A DNA stretch of 64,000 nucleotides from Candidatus Poribacteria bacterium (lineage in GTDB: Bacteria > Poribacteria > WGA-4E > UBA9662): the NCBI GenBank assembly GCA_002709695.1, contig PAQF01000017.1:3051-67050 (forward strand). Reading direction: 5' to 3'. Of the stretch, positions 40,020-49,008 are shown one piece after another; positions within the stretch are counted from its first letter, which is position 1; each line of letters opens with the position of its first letter. A program made the position numbers and the translations under genes. The notes under the pieces are model-generated. The model was not told where the DNA came from. It saw only the letters and a program-made list of their open reading frames with translations, and did no database searches.

Positions 40020-40901
40020 ATGAAAGAAAACACAATTCCCAGGATTTCCCCTGACGAAATTATCGACTTTATGAACATAGACCCAACAGACTTTGAATCA
40101 TTCACCCTAGCGCAGCGAATTCGTCATTTCGAAGTAGAAGGCTATGTGATGCTACCCAATGTGCTAAACCCTAAGCACATCACAGAATTAAAGCAGGAAC
40201 TTACCAACACCTGTATGTCTCCAAAACCATACAGTGAATACCAAACAACTTCTGACGAACAGCCCCAATGGATCAGCAATGCTGTTGCTGAGCTGATTGG
40301 ACATCCTCCAGTAACCGATTTTCTGGCGGAACTTATGGGGCCAGACATTGTATTTACCCGAGGTTTTTTCCAAAGAACCCATCCCGGTTCACCTGGAATA
40401 TCAATGCACACTGATGGCCAACCTCATGGTTCATCGATCTTCGACTATGAAGGTAGTTCTCCACGACTATTACGCGTGCTCTATTATCTAGACGATCTCA
40501 CCCCAGAACGGGCACCGCTCAGACTGATTCCACGAAGTCACATCTCCTTCCACGCTCATGCTAGTCCATATGTACGCTACAAGTCCCACCCACAAGAAAT
40601 CACTCTATGTGCCAAAGCAGGTTCAGCAATTATTATCCCTAGTACGTTGTTTCACGCCACACACCCAAATACCGATAGTTCTCCCAGAGAACTCATTCAG
40701 TTTGGTTATCGTCCCGCTTGGGCAGGTCCAATTAAACCTATGGAGGAATGGGACCCGAAATTAATTGCTAATGCACCTGAACAAGCCAAACCATTTTTGC
40801 AAAGCCTTAATACAACCGGTGGGGTTTGGGGACTAGAACATAAACCGAAAGGTATGAAGACCGAAGCGACAGGCATCGACCCAAGTCGATGGAACAATTA
40901 A
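40020..40901 (+). CDS. Phytanoyl-CoA dioxygenase (PhyH) family oxygenase
   Basis: 293 aa; HTDGQPHGS (H-x-D) and distal HATHPN; PhyH-like double-stranded beta-helix. Confidence 0.6.
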   Translation: MKENTIPRISPDEIIDFMNIDPTDFESFTLAQRIRHFEVEGYVMLPNVLNPKHITELKQELTNTCMSPKPYSEYQTTSDEQPQWISNAVAELIGHPPVTDFLAELMGPDIVFTRGFFQRTHPGSPGISMHTDGQPHGSSIFDYEGSSPRLLRVLYYLDDLTPERAPLRLIPRSHISFHAHASPYVRYKSHPQEITLCAKAGSAIIIPSTLFHATHPNTDSSPRELIQFGYRPAWAGPIKPMEEWDPKLIANAPEQAKPFLQSLNTTGGVWGLEHKPKGMKTEATGIDPSRWNN

Positions 40902-41299
40902 ACTAGATATCTAGCGCTCTATTTCAGAGCCCACCTCCAATTTGATCAAAAAGTCAAACTAAGACCATATCCTCTATCGTTTTCTAGACCATAGAAAGAA
41001 CAGAGAATATCAAGAGACCAAAACTAAAAAAATACGTATAGTCACCCCAAAAAAAGATAGATAACAATTTTCCAAACTGGCTTTAATGAACAACTCTTCA
41101 AAGCAAAAGAATCTCAAATACCAGAAAGAAGTTTGAAGAATTATCCGAAAAGGGAAAAATTATTCTCGACAAAATAACATCGCTTTTGGCAGAATAAAAT
41201 CAACTTAGAACCAAACTCAGATTCATTTAAAATAAAATCATCAACCACCCCAATGATATGCTTCAATTAAAGTTAACCATTTAAAAAGGGAAAAGCAGA

Positions 41300-42310
41300 T
41301 TGAAAGTAGGCGTTATTGGTTGCGGTTTTTTCGCTCAAAATCACCTTGCTGCATGGCAAGCTATCGAAGAAATCAACTTGGTAGCTGTTTGCGATCAGCA
41401 GAAAAAACTAGCAGAAGCAGCAAAGACTCAATTCAAAGCCCAACAGGCTTATGATAAAGCAGAAGAAATGTTGGCAAACGAAGATCTCGACTTCGTCGAC
41501 ATTGTAACAACACCTGCTTCACACCGATGCCTAGTGGAATTGGCGGCTCGATATAAGAAACATGTCATTTGCCAGAAACCACTTGCGCCGACAATAGAAG
41601 ACGCGAAAGCGATGGTTAATACCTGCCAACTAGCTGAGGTCAACCTGATGGTTCACGAAAACTTCCGTTGGCAAGGTATCATTCAAAAAGCCAAGCAAAT
41701 TATTAATTCAGGCACGATTGGAGATCCATTCCTAGCACAAATCTCTTTCCGTACAGGATACAATGTTTACCCCAACCAGCCATACCTTGCCGGAGAGGAA
41801 CGCCTAGTGCTTTACGACATGGGAACTCATATCTTTGACTTAGTTCGGTTTTACATGGGTGAAGTTTCAAGCTTATATGCTCAAACTCACCAAGTCAACC
41901 CCAACATTCAAGGCGAAGATGCTGCGACAGTATTACTTCACCACCCAAAAGGAACAAGTGTCGCGGCTATGAACTATGTATCAGAGGTAGAGCACGACGA
42001 ATTCATACAAATACCCATACGAATTGAAGGAAGCCATGGTTCACTGGAAATCCGTAGAGATTATCAACTTAATGTTGTATCAAACAAAAAATTGTCATCT
42101 CACTACGTCCCTCCAACAAACTATTCATGGGGGAGTTCACTTGGAGGAGCAATCATGGAAAGCGTAGTAAACATACAAAGACACTGGGTTGAATGCCTGA
42201 ATACTAACTCTGAACCTCATACGTCAGGCGCAGACAACCTAAAGACACTCGCACTGGTATTTGGAAGCTATGAGTCAGCCGAAAAGAATATAGTTTATCA
42301 TATCCAATAA
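41300..42310 (+). CDS. Gfo/Idh/MocA family oxidoreductase (TTG start)
   Basis: 336 aa; KVGVIGCGFFAQNHLAAW Rossmann motif; EKPLAPT motif (HVICQKPLAPT) typical of the family. Confidence 0.8.
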   Translation: MKVGVIGCGFFAQNHLAAWQAIEEINLVAVCDQQKKLAEAAKTQFKAQQAYDKAEEMLANEDLDFVDIVTTPASHRCLVELAARYKKHVICQKPLAPTIEDAKAMVNTCQLAEVNLMVHENFRWQGIIQKAKQIINSGTIGDPFLAQISFRTGYNVYPNQPYLAGEERLVLYDMGTHIFDLVRFYMGEVSSLYAQTHQVNPNIQGEDAATVLLHHPKGTSVAAMNYVSEVEHDEFIQIPIRIEGSHGSLEIRRDYQLNVVSNKKLSSHYVPPTNYSWGSSLGGAIMESVVNIQRHWVECLNTNSEPHTSGADNLKTLALVFGSYESAEKNIVYHIQ

Positions 42311-42592
42311 AGTTTCTTTGAGGTATGAATGCTTATCCAGAACAACTTAATGACATCTGATTCGACACGAAACTGGAGAAAATCCAGCTTATATCTAATC
42401 ACCTGCGCCAGAAAACCCTACGAATAAAGCCAAAAAGCTGGCGAATCCAGACTGTCAAATACCCTAATTAAAGAACAATAGCCCTAAATGTCGTTCTCCA
42501 CCTAGCCATCGAATAAACTTGTGAAAACCAGCTATATCCACGAGAAATTGTGAGACAAAAACATACCAATTGCAAATTCACATGGCGTATGA

Positions 42593-43501
42593 TCACACAT
42601 TTGAAGCCCTCAAAATGACATTCTCTGCTTCGAATTCCCAGACCTCATTGAAAACCAAAGGCTTTGGACGAGAAGGTGGATATTTAGGCGGAGGATTCTT
42701 AGGGTCATGTAGTTCGTACCGATCACGACCACGTACCGCATCTAACCAAATGCGTTCGTGAGCAGCAGCTTCCACTTCACGCCGAAGTATGAATTCTGTC
42801 CAGTCGAGACTTGAAATTGCAGCATCAGCAACAAAACCTTGTCCAAGTTGCTTACCATCCCAAGTCCGCAAATCAGGAAGGAAGATGGGCCCAGTACAAG
42901 TCTGGAATTCACTATCCTTTTGATTCAAATTTATAACACATACTGGGTACTCAATAGTAACCTCTAGATTATCTTTCTTATCCTTATATTTAGTGCAAAC
43001 GTTAAGAAAGTCACCAGCCAATGTACTCTCGATAATTGAAGCAACATTCACCATTTCTATGGCACCAGTAAACTCTCTAATATCAACTCTGTATTCTAAC
43101 TGGAGTTCCTTCAAGGGAGTAGCTTTTCCAGTAGGAACTTCAACACTGGGACGATTCGAAATATGTATTTGATGTTCGTGGCTAAAAGCCATTCGCCATT
43201 CCGAACTAGGGATCTGGAACAAATTTCTATCAGCTATAGTATATTCCGACCGACAAGGTGCACCTAAAAAGATTTCTAAACAATCACCTGATACGAGATT
43301 TTCAATCATACACCTTGATTCAAGACTAAACCGTACATAATAGACCTGATTAGGACTGCCAACGAAGCCTCCCACATACTTGTACTGTGGATGCTCTTTC
43401 CAAGGGTAGCTCTTCCAAGTAAATGTTGATGCGGAAAAATTAATCATCCGATTGTACCTTTCTACTGAGAATATCGACAAAATTTTCAACTTTCGTCTCA
43501 A
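42593..43501 (-). CDS. Hypothetical cytoplasmic protein, no recognisable domain
   Basis: 302-aa ORF with balanced composition; no motif recognised. Confidence 0.35.
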   Translation of the reverse strand: MRRKLKILSIFSVERYNRMINFSASTFTWKSYPWKEHPQYKYVGGFVGSPNQVYYVRFSLESRCMIENLVSGDCLEIFLGAPCRSEYTIADRNLFQIPSSEWRMAFSHEHQIHISNRPSVEVPTGKATPLKELQLEYRVDIREFTGAIEMVNVASIIESTLAGDFLNVCTKYKDKKDNLEVTIEYPVCVINLNQKDSEFQTCTGPIFLPDLRTWDGKQLGQGFVADAAISSLDWTEFILRREVEAAAHERIWLDAVRGRDRYELHDPKNPPPKYPPSRPKPLVFNEVWEFEAENVILRASNV

Positions 43502-43727
43502 AACACATAAACATTAAATTCACTATTTGTCCACAATGCTATAATTAGCTTTAAGGAACAACATATTTTCAGAAGAATCAATTTTTTTCTGTTTCACCCA
43601 TTATTATGCTCACAAAAGTCACTCTAAATACAGACAAATCAACCCTAAAAGCAGGAGAAATAAGCCTAATCAGCTCATAACAAGAGATTTTAGAAAACTA
43701 ATTCGGCAAAATCGAAGAAAGCATAGT

Positions 43728-44303
43728 ATGAACATGTTACTTAGTAAAATGAAAGTATTCGCTTTCCAGATATTTCCTATATTCATCCTATCAACCCTTA
43801 TCCTACTTTTTGGCTGTCAAGCACTCCAAAAAGCCCAAATGACAAGACAGGAGAAAATAAAAAAACAAATAACACAAAAAATCAACAAACCAAACAATAT
43901 AATTCCAAATTACTTATGGGCAGAGGAAGAAACACACAAACTGGTCAACCAATATAGAGTGTCGCTGGGTTTAGCCCCATTAATTCTCAAAACGACAATA
44001 TCAGAAGTTGCAAGAAAACACAGTGGAGATATGGCAACCGGAATTGTGCCAATTGGACATAAAAAATTCGAGGAGCGCATTCAGCAGATTCGAGCTACTT
44101 TTAGTGTAATAGCTTCAGCAGAAAACGTAGCCTGGAACTTTAGCGCTAGAGAACCTTGCTATACGGCACTTAGAGGTTGGATTAATAGTCCTGGGCACCA
44201 AAAGAACATGGTGGGTAACTTTAACTTCACCGGAATAGGAGTGGAATTGGCAAATAACGGCAGTTATTATTTCACCCAGATTTTTATCCAAATCCCGCAA
44301 TAA
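43728..44303 (+). CDS. CAP-domain (SCP/PR-1-like) secreted protein
   Basis: 191 aa with signal/TM; VNQYRVSLGLAPL...HS.DMA...HQKNM(V)...GIGV carries CAP1/CAP2-type motifs (GHYTQ-like region YFTQIF). Confidence 0.65.
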   Translation: MNMLLSKMKVFAFQIFPIFILSTLILLFGCQALQKAQMTRQEKIKKQITQKINKPNNIIPNYLWAEEETHKLVNQYRVSLGLAPLILKTTISEVARKHSGDMATGIVPIGHKKFEERIQQIRATFSVIASAENVAWNFSAREPCYTALRGWINSPGHQKNMVGNFNFTGIGVELANNGSYYFTQIFIQIPQ

Positions 44304-45111
44304 ACGGCTCGACTTAGTAAGTACAATGTACATCTATGTAGCTTAAAATTCTCTCACTTGATGAAGTAACCCCGAATCGATAGTCCCATGGACGCACCAA
44401 CCTTCAGATTTCAAAGGAATAACAGTATCAGCCAACACGACCCTCAAATTTCGTTATCTGGCGAAAATTTTGTATAGGCAGACTAAAAACCGAACTTATG
44501 ATCACCTTTTTAGCACAAATTCACTTTAGCATAAAGGAAGACAAAGACTCAATCAATCTGTAGGTGATTGACAAATGCTTCTTCATGATTCGACTCAATA
44601 CTCAATTGAGGAAACGTAATAAGCGAAATATCAATAGTTTCATCAATCCATTCCTGAAACCAACGATCGAATTGATGTTCAGATTCTACCAGTTTCCGAT
44701 AAGTGCTTCAGCACCAGGATTGGGGCAAGCCATGAGGCACGACGAATGATATCATACCGCTGTTAAAATCAACAATTTCTTCTGTTCGTCTAGACGATTC
44801 GATTCCCCACTGCTTATAAACATCTAACTTTCCTTCTTTATATCAGGAAGAAAAAAGTACAACTCCCATGTGTGCCTCCTTATATATATGCGACCTAAAT
44901 ACCAGAACAATCTTGATCAATTTTTACCAACTACATACGAACGACACCTACGAAACAAAAACGCTATAGTACGAACCAAGACGGTTTCCATACTCACCAT
45001 AAAGCTTAATTAAAGTATCCCTCTGGCACCAAGTGTTTTTCGAACAAACTCCATGTATACTTTACCCTTTCAATCCGACGACAAAGCCTCTACACTCCCC
45101 CCCTAAAAATA

Positions 45112-45795
45112 CTAGGAAACCATAGATTTTGACATCCAAGGACCAGTTATAGCCAGAGTTAAACCTGGTGATTGAATATTAACAAAAAGTATTGTCCCAT
45201 CTGGTGAAAAAGTAGCGCCTGCCAATTCAGATTTCTGTGGCATAGCGTTTTTTGCAAACTGATACAATTCTCTATTCGAGGTAATCCCAATCAAATTCTG
45301 GTCTTCAGATCCATCCTCACAAACAACCCAATCTCCCCATGGAGACATGGTAATGTTATCCCCCATATCAAGAATTCGGCTTTGGTTCAGTTCGACAAAA
45401 AGTTCCAATTTGGCGGGATTCTTTTCCTCACCAGTAGTCCCTTCATACCTACTTGGAATATAACGCCAAACTTGCCCTTTCCGGTTTGGTCCACCAGCAG
45501 TACAAACAAAAAATATTGTTTGGCCATCAAAAAACACCCCTTCTCCTCTAGCAAAAACAGCGGCACCTTTATACAAACCCTGTTTTCTCAAATCGTCTTT
45601 TGGAGATTCGACTTCCTCGACATCAATCCAGCGTATATCGAACAACACCCCCAACACTATTCCTTCCAATCGAAATTTGAAAATACGATTATACCAAGAC
45701 AATGTTTCAGCTTTAAACACGTTAAGGTCAAGTAACCGCCAATTGCAAGTGTTAGCACTCGGCATATCTCGAATTGCCAGAGCCTCAAGTCCCAC
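45112..45795 (-). CDS. PhoX/DUF839-family beta-propeller protein, C-terminal portion only (likely truncated or decaying)
   Basis: 227 aa; NQSRILDMGDNITMSPWGDWVVCEDGSEDQNLIGITSNRELYQFAKNAMPQKSELAGATFSPDGTILFVNIQSPGLTLAITGPW matches, from memory, the conserved C-terminus of PhoX-like/DUF839 proteins, which are normally about 450-700 aa with a Tat signal. No N-terminal half is found upstream. Confidence 0.4.
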   Translation of the reverse strand: MGLEALAIRDMPSANTCNWRLLDLNVFKAETLSWYNRIFKFRLEGIVLGVLFDIRWIDVEEVESPKDDLRKQGLYKGAAVFARGEGVFFDGQTIFFVCTAGGPNRKGQVWRYIPSRYEGTTGEEKNPAKLELFVELNQSRILDMGDNITMSPWGDWVVCEDGSEDQNLIGITSNRELYQFAKNAMPQKSELAGATFSPDGTILFVNIQSPGLTLAITGPWMSKSMVS

Positions 45796-46059
45796 CCTTG
45801 TAATTTACTCAGCTGATCGGGAATAATCCCAACGTGGACTTAATCTAGCCACAAGATAATACATTTATATCAAGAAATTCTTACTTATTTATAAACATGC
45901 GGATTAGAGCAGCAAATCACATTTCAGCAGCTGATAAGCTATAATTCGGCTTAGATATAACGATAAAACACAACACTTTGCGTTAAGACTTTAAGTTATC
46001 AACATAACTTTTAAAAAAACAGCATTATAGATATCGACACTGAACAAGCATAACCACAG

Positions 46060-48012
46060 ATGAAGAAAAAAACGCAAATCCCCACAAAAAAAAATAAAAT
46101 CTCAATAACCCTCAGGTCGGTTATTATTGGCTTGGTCTTAATTCCACTTAATAACTATTGGGTTCTGAATCTCAGTTACGTTTGGGATTCCAACCGTCCA
46201 ACGAGTCTTGCACTTCTTTTCAATGTTATATTCAGCTTAATCATTCTCATTGCTGTTAACGAATTCTTATACCGATTTAGTCCTAAGTTAGTTTTTAGCC
46301 AGACAGAACTGATTACCATCTACATCATGCTTTGTCAAGCATCTGTGTTTGCTGGACGTGACATGATTCAAGTCCTAATTCCACTAATGAGCAACGGTTT
46401 TTGGTATGCTACCAGCGAGAACGAATGGAATCAGCTTTTCCACCATCATCTACCTCCTTGGTTAGTGGTAGAAGACAAGGAACTTTTACACGGATTTTAT
46501 CAAGGACAATCAACCCTGTACTCGATTGCACATATATCCGCTTGGATCAAGCCAGGACTTATATGGCTAGGCTTCTGCTTGGTTCTAGGTATTACCATGC
46601 TCTGTCTAAATGTATTATTACGAAAACAATGGCAGGAACATGAAAAACTGACATACCCTATCGTCCAACTTCCTTATGAAATGACACAATCACGCGAAAC
46701 AAATACCCAACACATTAATGCAAACCAGCGTTTCTTTTCTAGTCAACTTGTCTGGTTCGGAGCAGCGACAGCCGGAATTTTAAATCTCCTTTACAGTTTA
46801 CACCAAATCGATCCATCTTTCCCCAATATACCACTGTATAAATCATTCCACCTACTTGAAAAACCTTGGAGTGCAATGAATAACCCTGGACTGAGGATCA
46901 GCTTTTTTCCGTTCGCAATTGGGGTTGGATTTCTGATCCCTCTTGATCTTGGTTTCTCCTGTTGGTTTTTTCACTTGTTCTGGCATTTCGAGAGAGTCAT
47001 AGGTGATGTATTCGGTTGGCGTAGCGCAATCGGTTTTCCAAGAGAGATGGCACAAATCCGTGGTGCATGGATTGGGATCTTTGTCTTCACTATCTGGATG
47101 GGACGCGATCATTTTAAAACTTTACTCTCCAGAACACAAACAGACCTAAAAATAACAACACATGAAGCGTTAAGATACAGAACAGCAATCATAGGAACAA
47201 CTGTGGGATTATCTCTAATAACACTATTTTGTTACCACGCAGGAATGTTAGCTTGGATTGCTTTGCTATTCTTTACTATTTACTTTGCCATGTCTATTAC
47301 TATCACACGAATACGTGCCGAACTTGGACCACCAGCACATGATCTCTACAATGCAGGACCGGATTTACTTTTAATCGAGACTTTTGGAACCCATCGAATT
47401 AATGCTCGAAACCTGTCTATACTTTCCTTATTTTTCTGGCTTAACCACCTATCATATCGAGCCCATCCCATGCCACACCAACTGGAGGCCCTCAAACTTG
47501 CGCATCAAACTCGAATTAACCAGTCGCACATTTTTCTAATCATAATCCTAGCTATTATGATAGGTGCTTTTTCAGCCATGTGGGGGCACTTGCACATTTC
47601 CTACAAAATCGGTTTAGAACAGGCGCGATCATGGTATGCCAGAGCGGCCTTCACAAGATTAGCAGGATGGATTAATAATCCCAACAGTACACAAGCAAGT
47701 GGCTTGTTATTTACCACAGGTGGGTTTGTTTTCTCAATTGCACTATTGGTCTTACGCCTCAGGTTTGTCCAATGGCCATTACATCCCGTTGGATATGTAG
47801 TATCCAGCTGGTGGACATTCACAGGTCTTTGGTTTCCGATCCTGATAAGTTGGATTATCAAACACGTCCTCCTATCCTATGGAGGAGTTCGGAATTATCG
47901 ACGTGCAACACCGTTTTTTTTGGGATTAATCGTCGGCGACGTTGTCGTAGCTTCAACCATAAGCATTTTAGGACTTTTATTCAATTTTAGTGTACGTTAC
48001 TTGAGTTGGTAA
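46060..48012 (+). CDS. Polytopic membrane protein of unknown function (paralog of 16913..18811), 650 aa
   Basis: Collinear similarity with the 632-aa protein on the minus strand (see that entry); N-terminal basic tail followed by at least 12 TM helices. Confidence 0.6.
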   Translation: MKKKTQIPTKKNKISITLRSVIIGLVLIPLNNYWVLNLSYVWDSNRPTSLALLFNVIFSLIILIAVNEFLYRFSPKLVFSQTELITIYIMLCQASVFAGRDMIQVLIPLMSNGFWYATSENEWNQLFHHHLPPWLVVEDKELLHGFYQGQSTLYSIAHISAWIKPGLIWLGFCLVLGITMLCLNVLLRKQWQEHEKLTYPIVQLPYEMTQSRETNTQHINANQRFFSSQLVWFGAATAGILNLLYSLHQIDPSFPNIPLYKSFHLLEKPWSAMNNPGLRISFFPFAIGVGFLIPLDLGFSCWFFHLFWHFERVIGDVFGWRSAIGFPREMAQIRGAWIGIFVFTIWMGRDHFKTLLSRTQTDLKITTHEALRYRTAIIGTTVGLSLITLFCYHAGMLAWIALLFFTIYFAMSITITRIRAELGPPAHDLYNAGPDLLLIETFGTHRINARNLSILSLFFWLNHLSYRAHPMPHQLEALKLAHQTRINQSHIFLIIILAIMIGAFSAMWGHLHISYKIGLEQARSWYARAAFTRLAGWINNPNSTQASGLLFTTGGFVFSIALLVLRLRFVQWPLHPVGYVVSSWWTFTGLWFPILISWIIKHVLLSYGGVRNYRRATPFFLGLIVGDVVVASTISILGLLFNFSVRYLSW

Positions 48013-48112
48013 AATTCTAACCTATCAACAAGTATAAAATTTGTCTCATCTGAATTATGGAAGGTACTAAATATCAAATTAAACATCCATCCTGCCAACG
48101 CAACTTACCCCT

Positions 48113-48697
48113 TTATAGTAGAAAAATAAGCGGTTCGGCTGAAATATCAAGAACATCAGATATTGTAACATTGTCTTCATGCGGAAGGCTAAAAAATGAG
48201 TCTAGCCTTTTCGTGAATTGGCTTATATCTATCCCCATAAAACTTTCACTTTCAATAGACACTTTTTGCAACTTCTCTCTCCCCGAAGTTGAAAGACTCC
48301 GCATCCCTCTAAATTGTTTAACATTCCATTTGATTAATGACGCTGATATTTGAATCATCCCCTGTAGAAACAATTTTTGAGTGCCAGTTGCACTCGCCCA
48401 ATCCCCTTCCCAAGCTTCGTGAGCTTCCCACCAGTAGGCAAAATTAAATAGATCTACCCCATAAAGATAATCAGCGTTTTCAGACCAATCTGAAGCATTA
48501 TAAACAGAACTCACGATATCTTCAGAAGTCGTTCGATAACTATGTCCATCTGGATCCTTTACTGGATGTGGGGTCAACCTCGGTACGTACCGGTAAGACG
48601 GAAAATCTCTATTTGGAAAGTAACGTCTAATCTCCGGATCGAAAGGGACTGGTTGTGTTATAGCACCATTTTTATTATCTACTCCAGACACAACCAT
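48113..48697 (-). CDS. DUF309-like protein (conserved YWWEAHEAWE motif)
   Basis: 194 aa; LFNFAYWWEAHEAWEGDW resembles, from memory, the DUF309 signature (F..G.YWE.HE.LE..W). Confidence 0.35.
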   Translation of the reverse strand: MVVSGVDNKNGAITQPVPFDPEIRRYFPNRDFPSYRYVPRLTPHPVKDPDGHSYRTTSEDIVSSVYNASDWSENADYLYGVDLFNFAYWWEAHEAWEGDWASATGTQKLFLQGMIQISASLIKWNVKQFRGMRSLSTSGREKLQKVSIESESFMGIDISQFTKRLDSFFSLPHEDNVTISDVLDISAEPLIFLL

Positions 48698-49008
48698 CTC
48701 CTAGACTAATATATCTCATTCTTATCAAGAACCTTGGATAGAAACCTTCTCCTGAAACCACTAATAACTGCGGTCAAATCCATTTTCTTTTATCAGTTAA
48801 ACCAAGCAAAACAGATTACACTAACACGACTTCGCCACCAATACAAATACCAATCTCATACTATCTTCTACACAAAGAAAGACTAAACACAACATTATCT
48901 ATTGCACAAAGAAGAAATCAGCGGCGAATAATGATCCCCCTCAGATTTATACATCTACATTTACACTAAGAAACTCTAATTTACAACACCAAAATCACCT
49001 TATATTTT

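Noticed and set aside
44540-44757. Possible third in-frame-TGA small ORF on the minus strand (MISFVVPHGLPQSWC-TGA-STYRKLVESEHQFDRWFQEWIDET...)
   Set aside because: There are only 15 codons before the TGA, no convincing downstream hairpin, no RBS and no recognisable family. It is more likely a decayed gene fragment; it is kept as part of the gene-decay observation.
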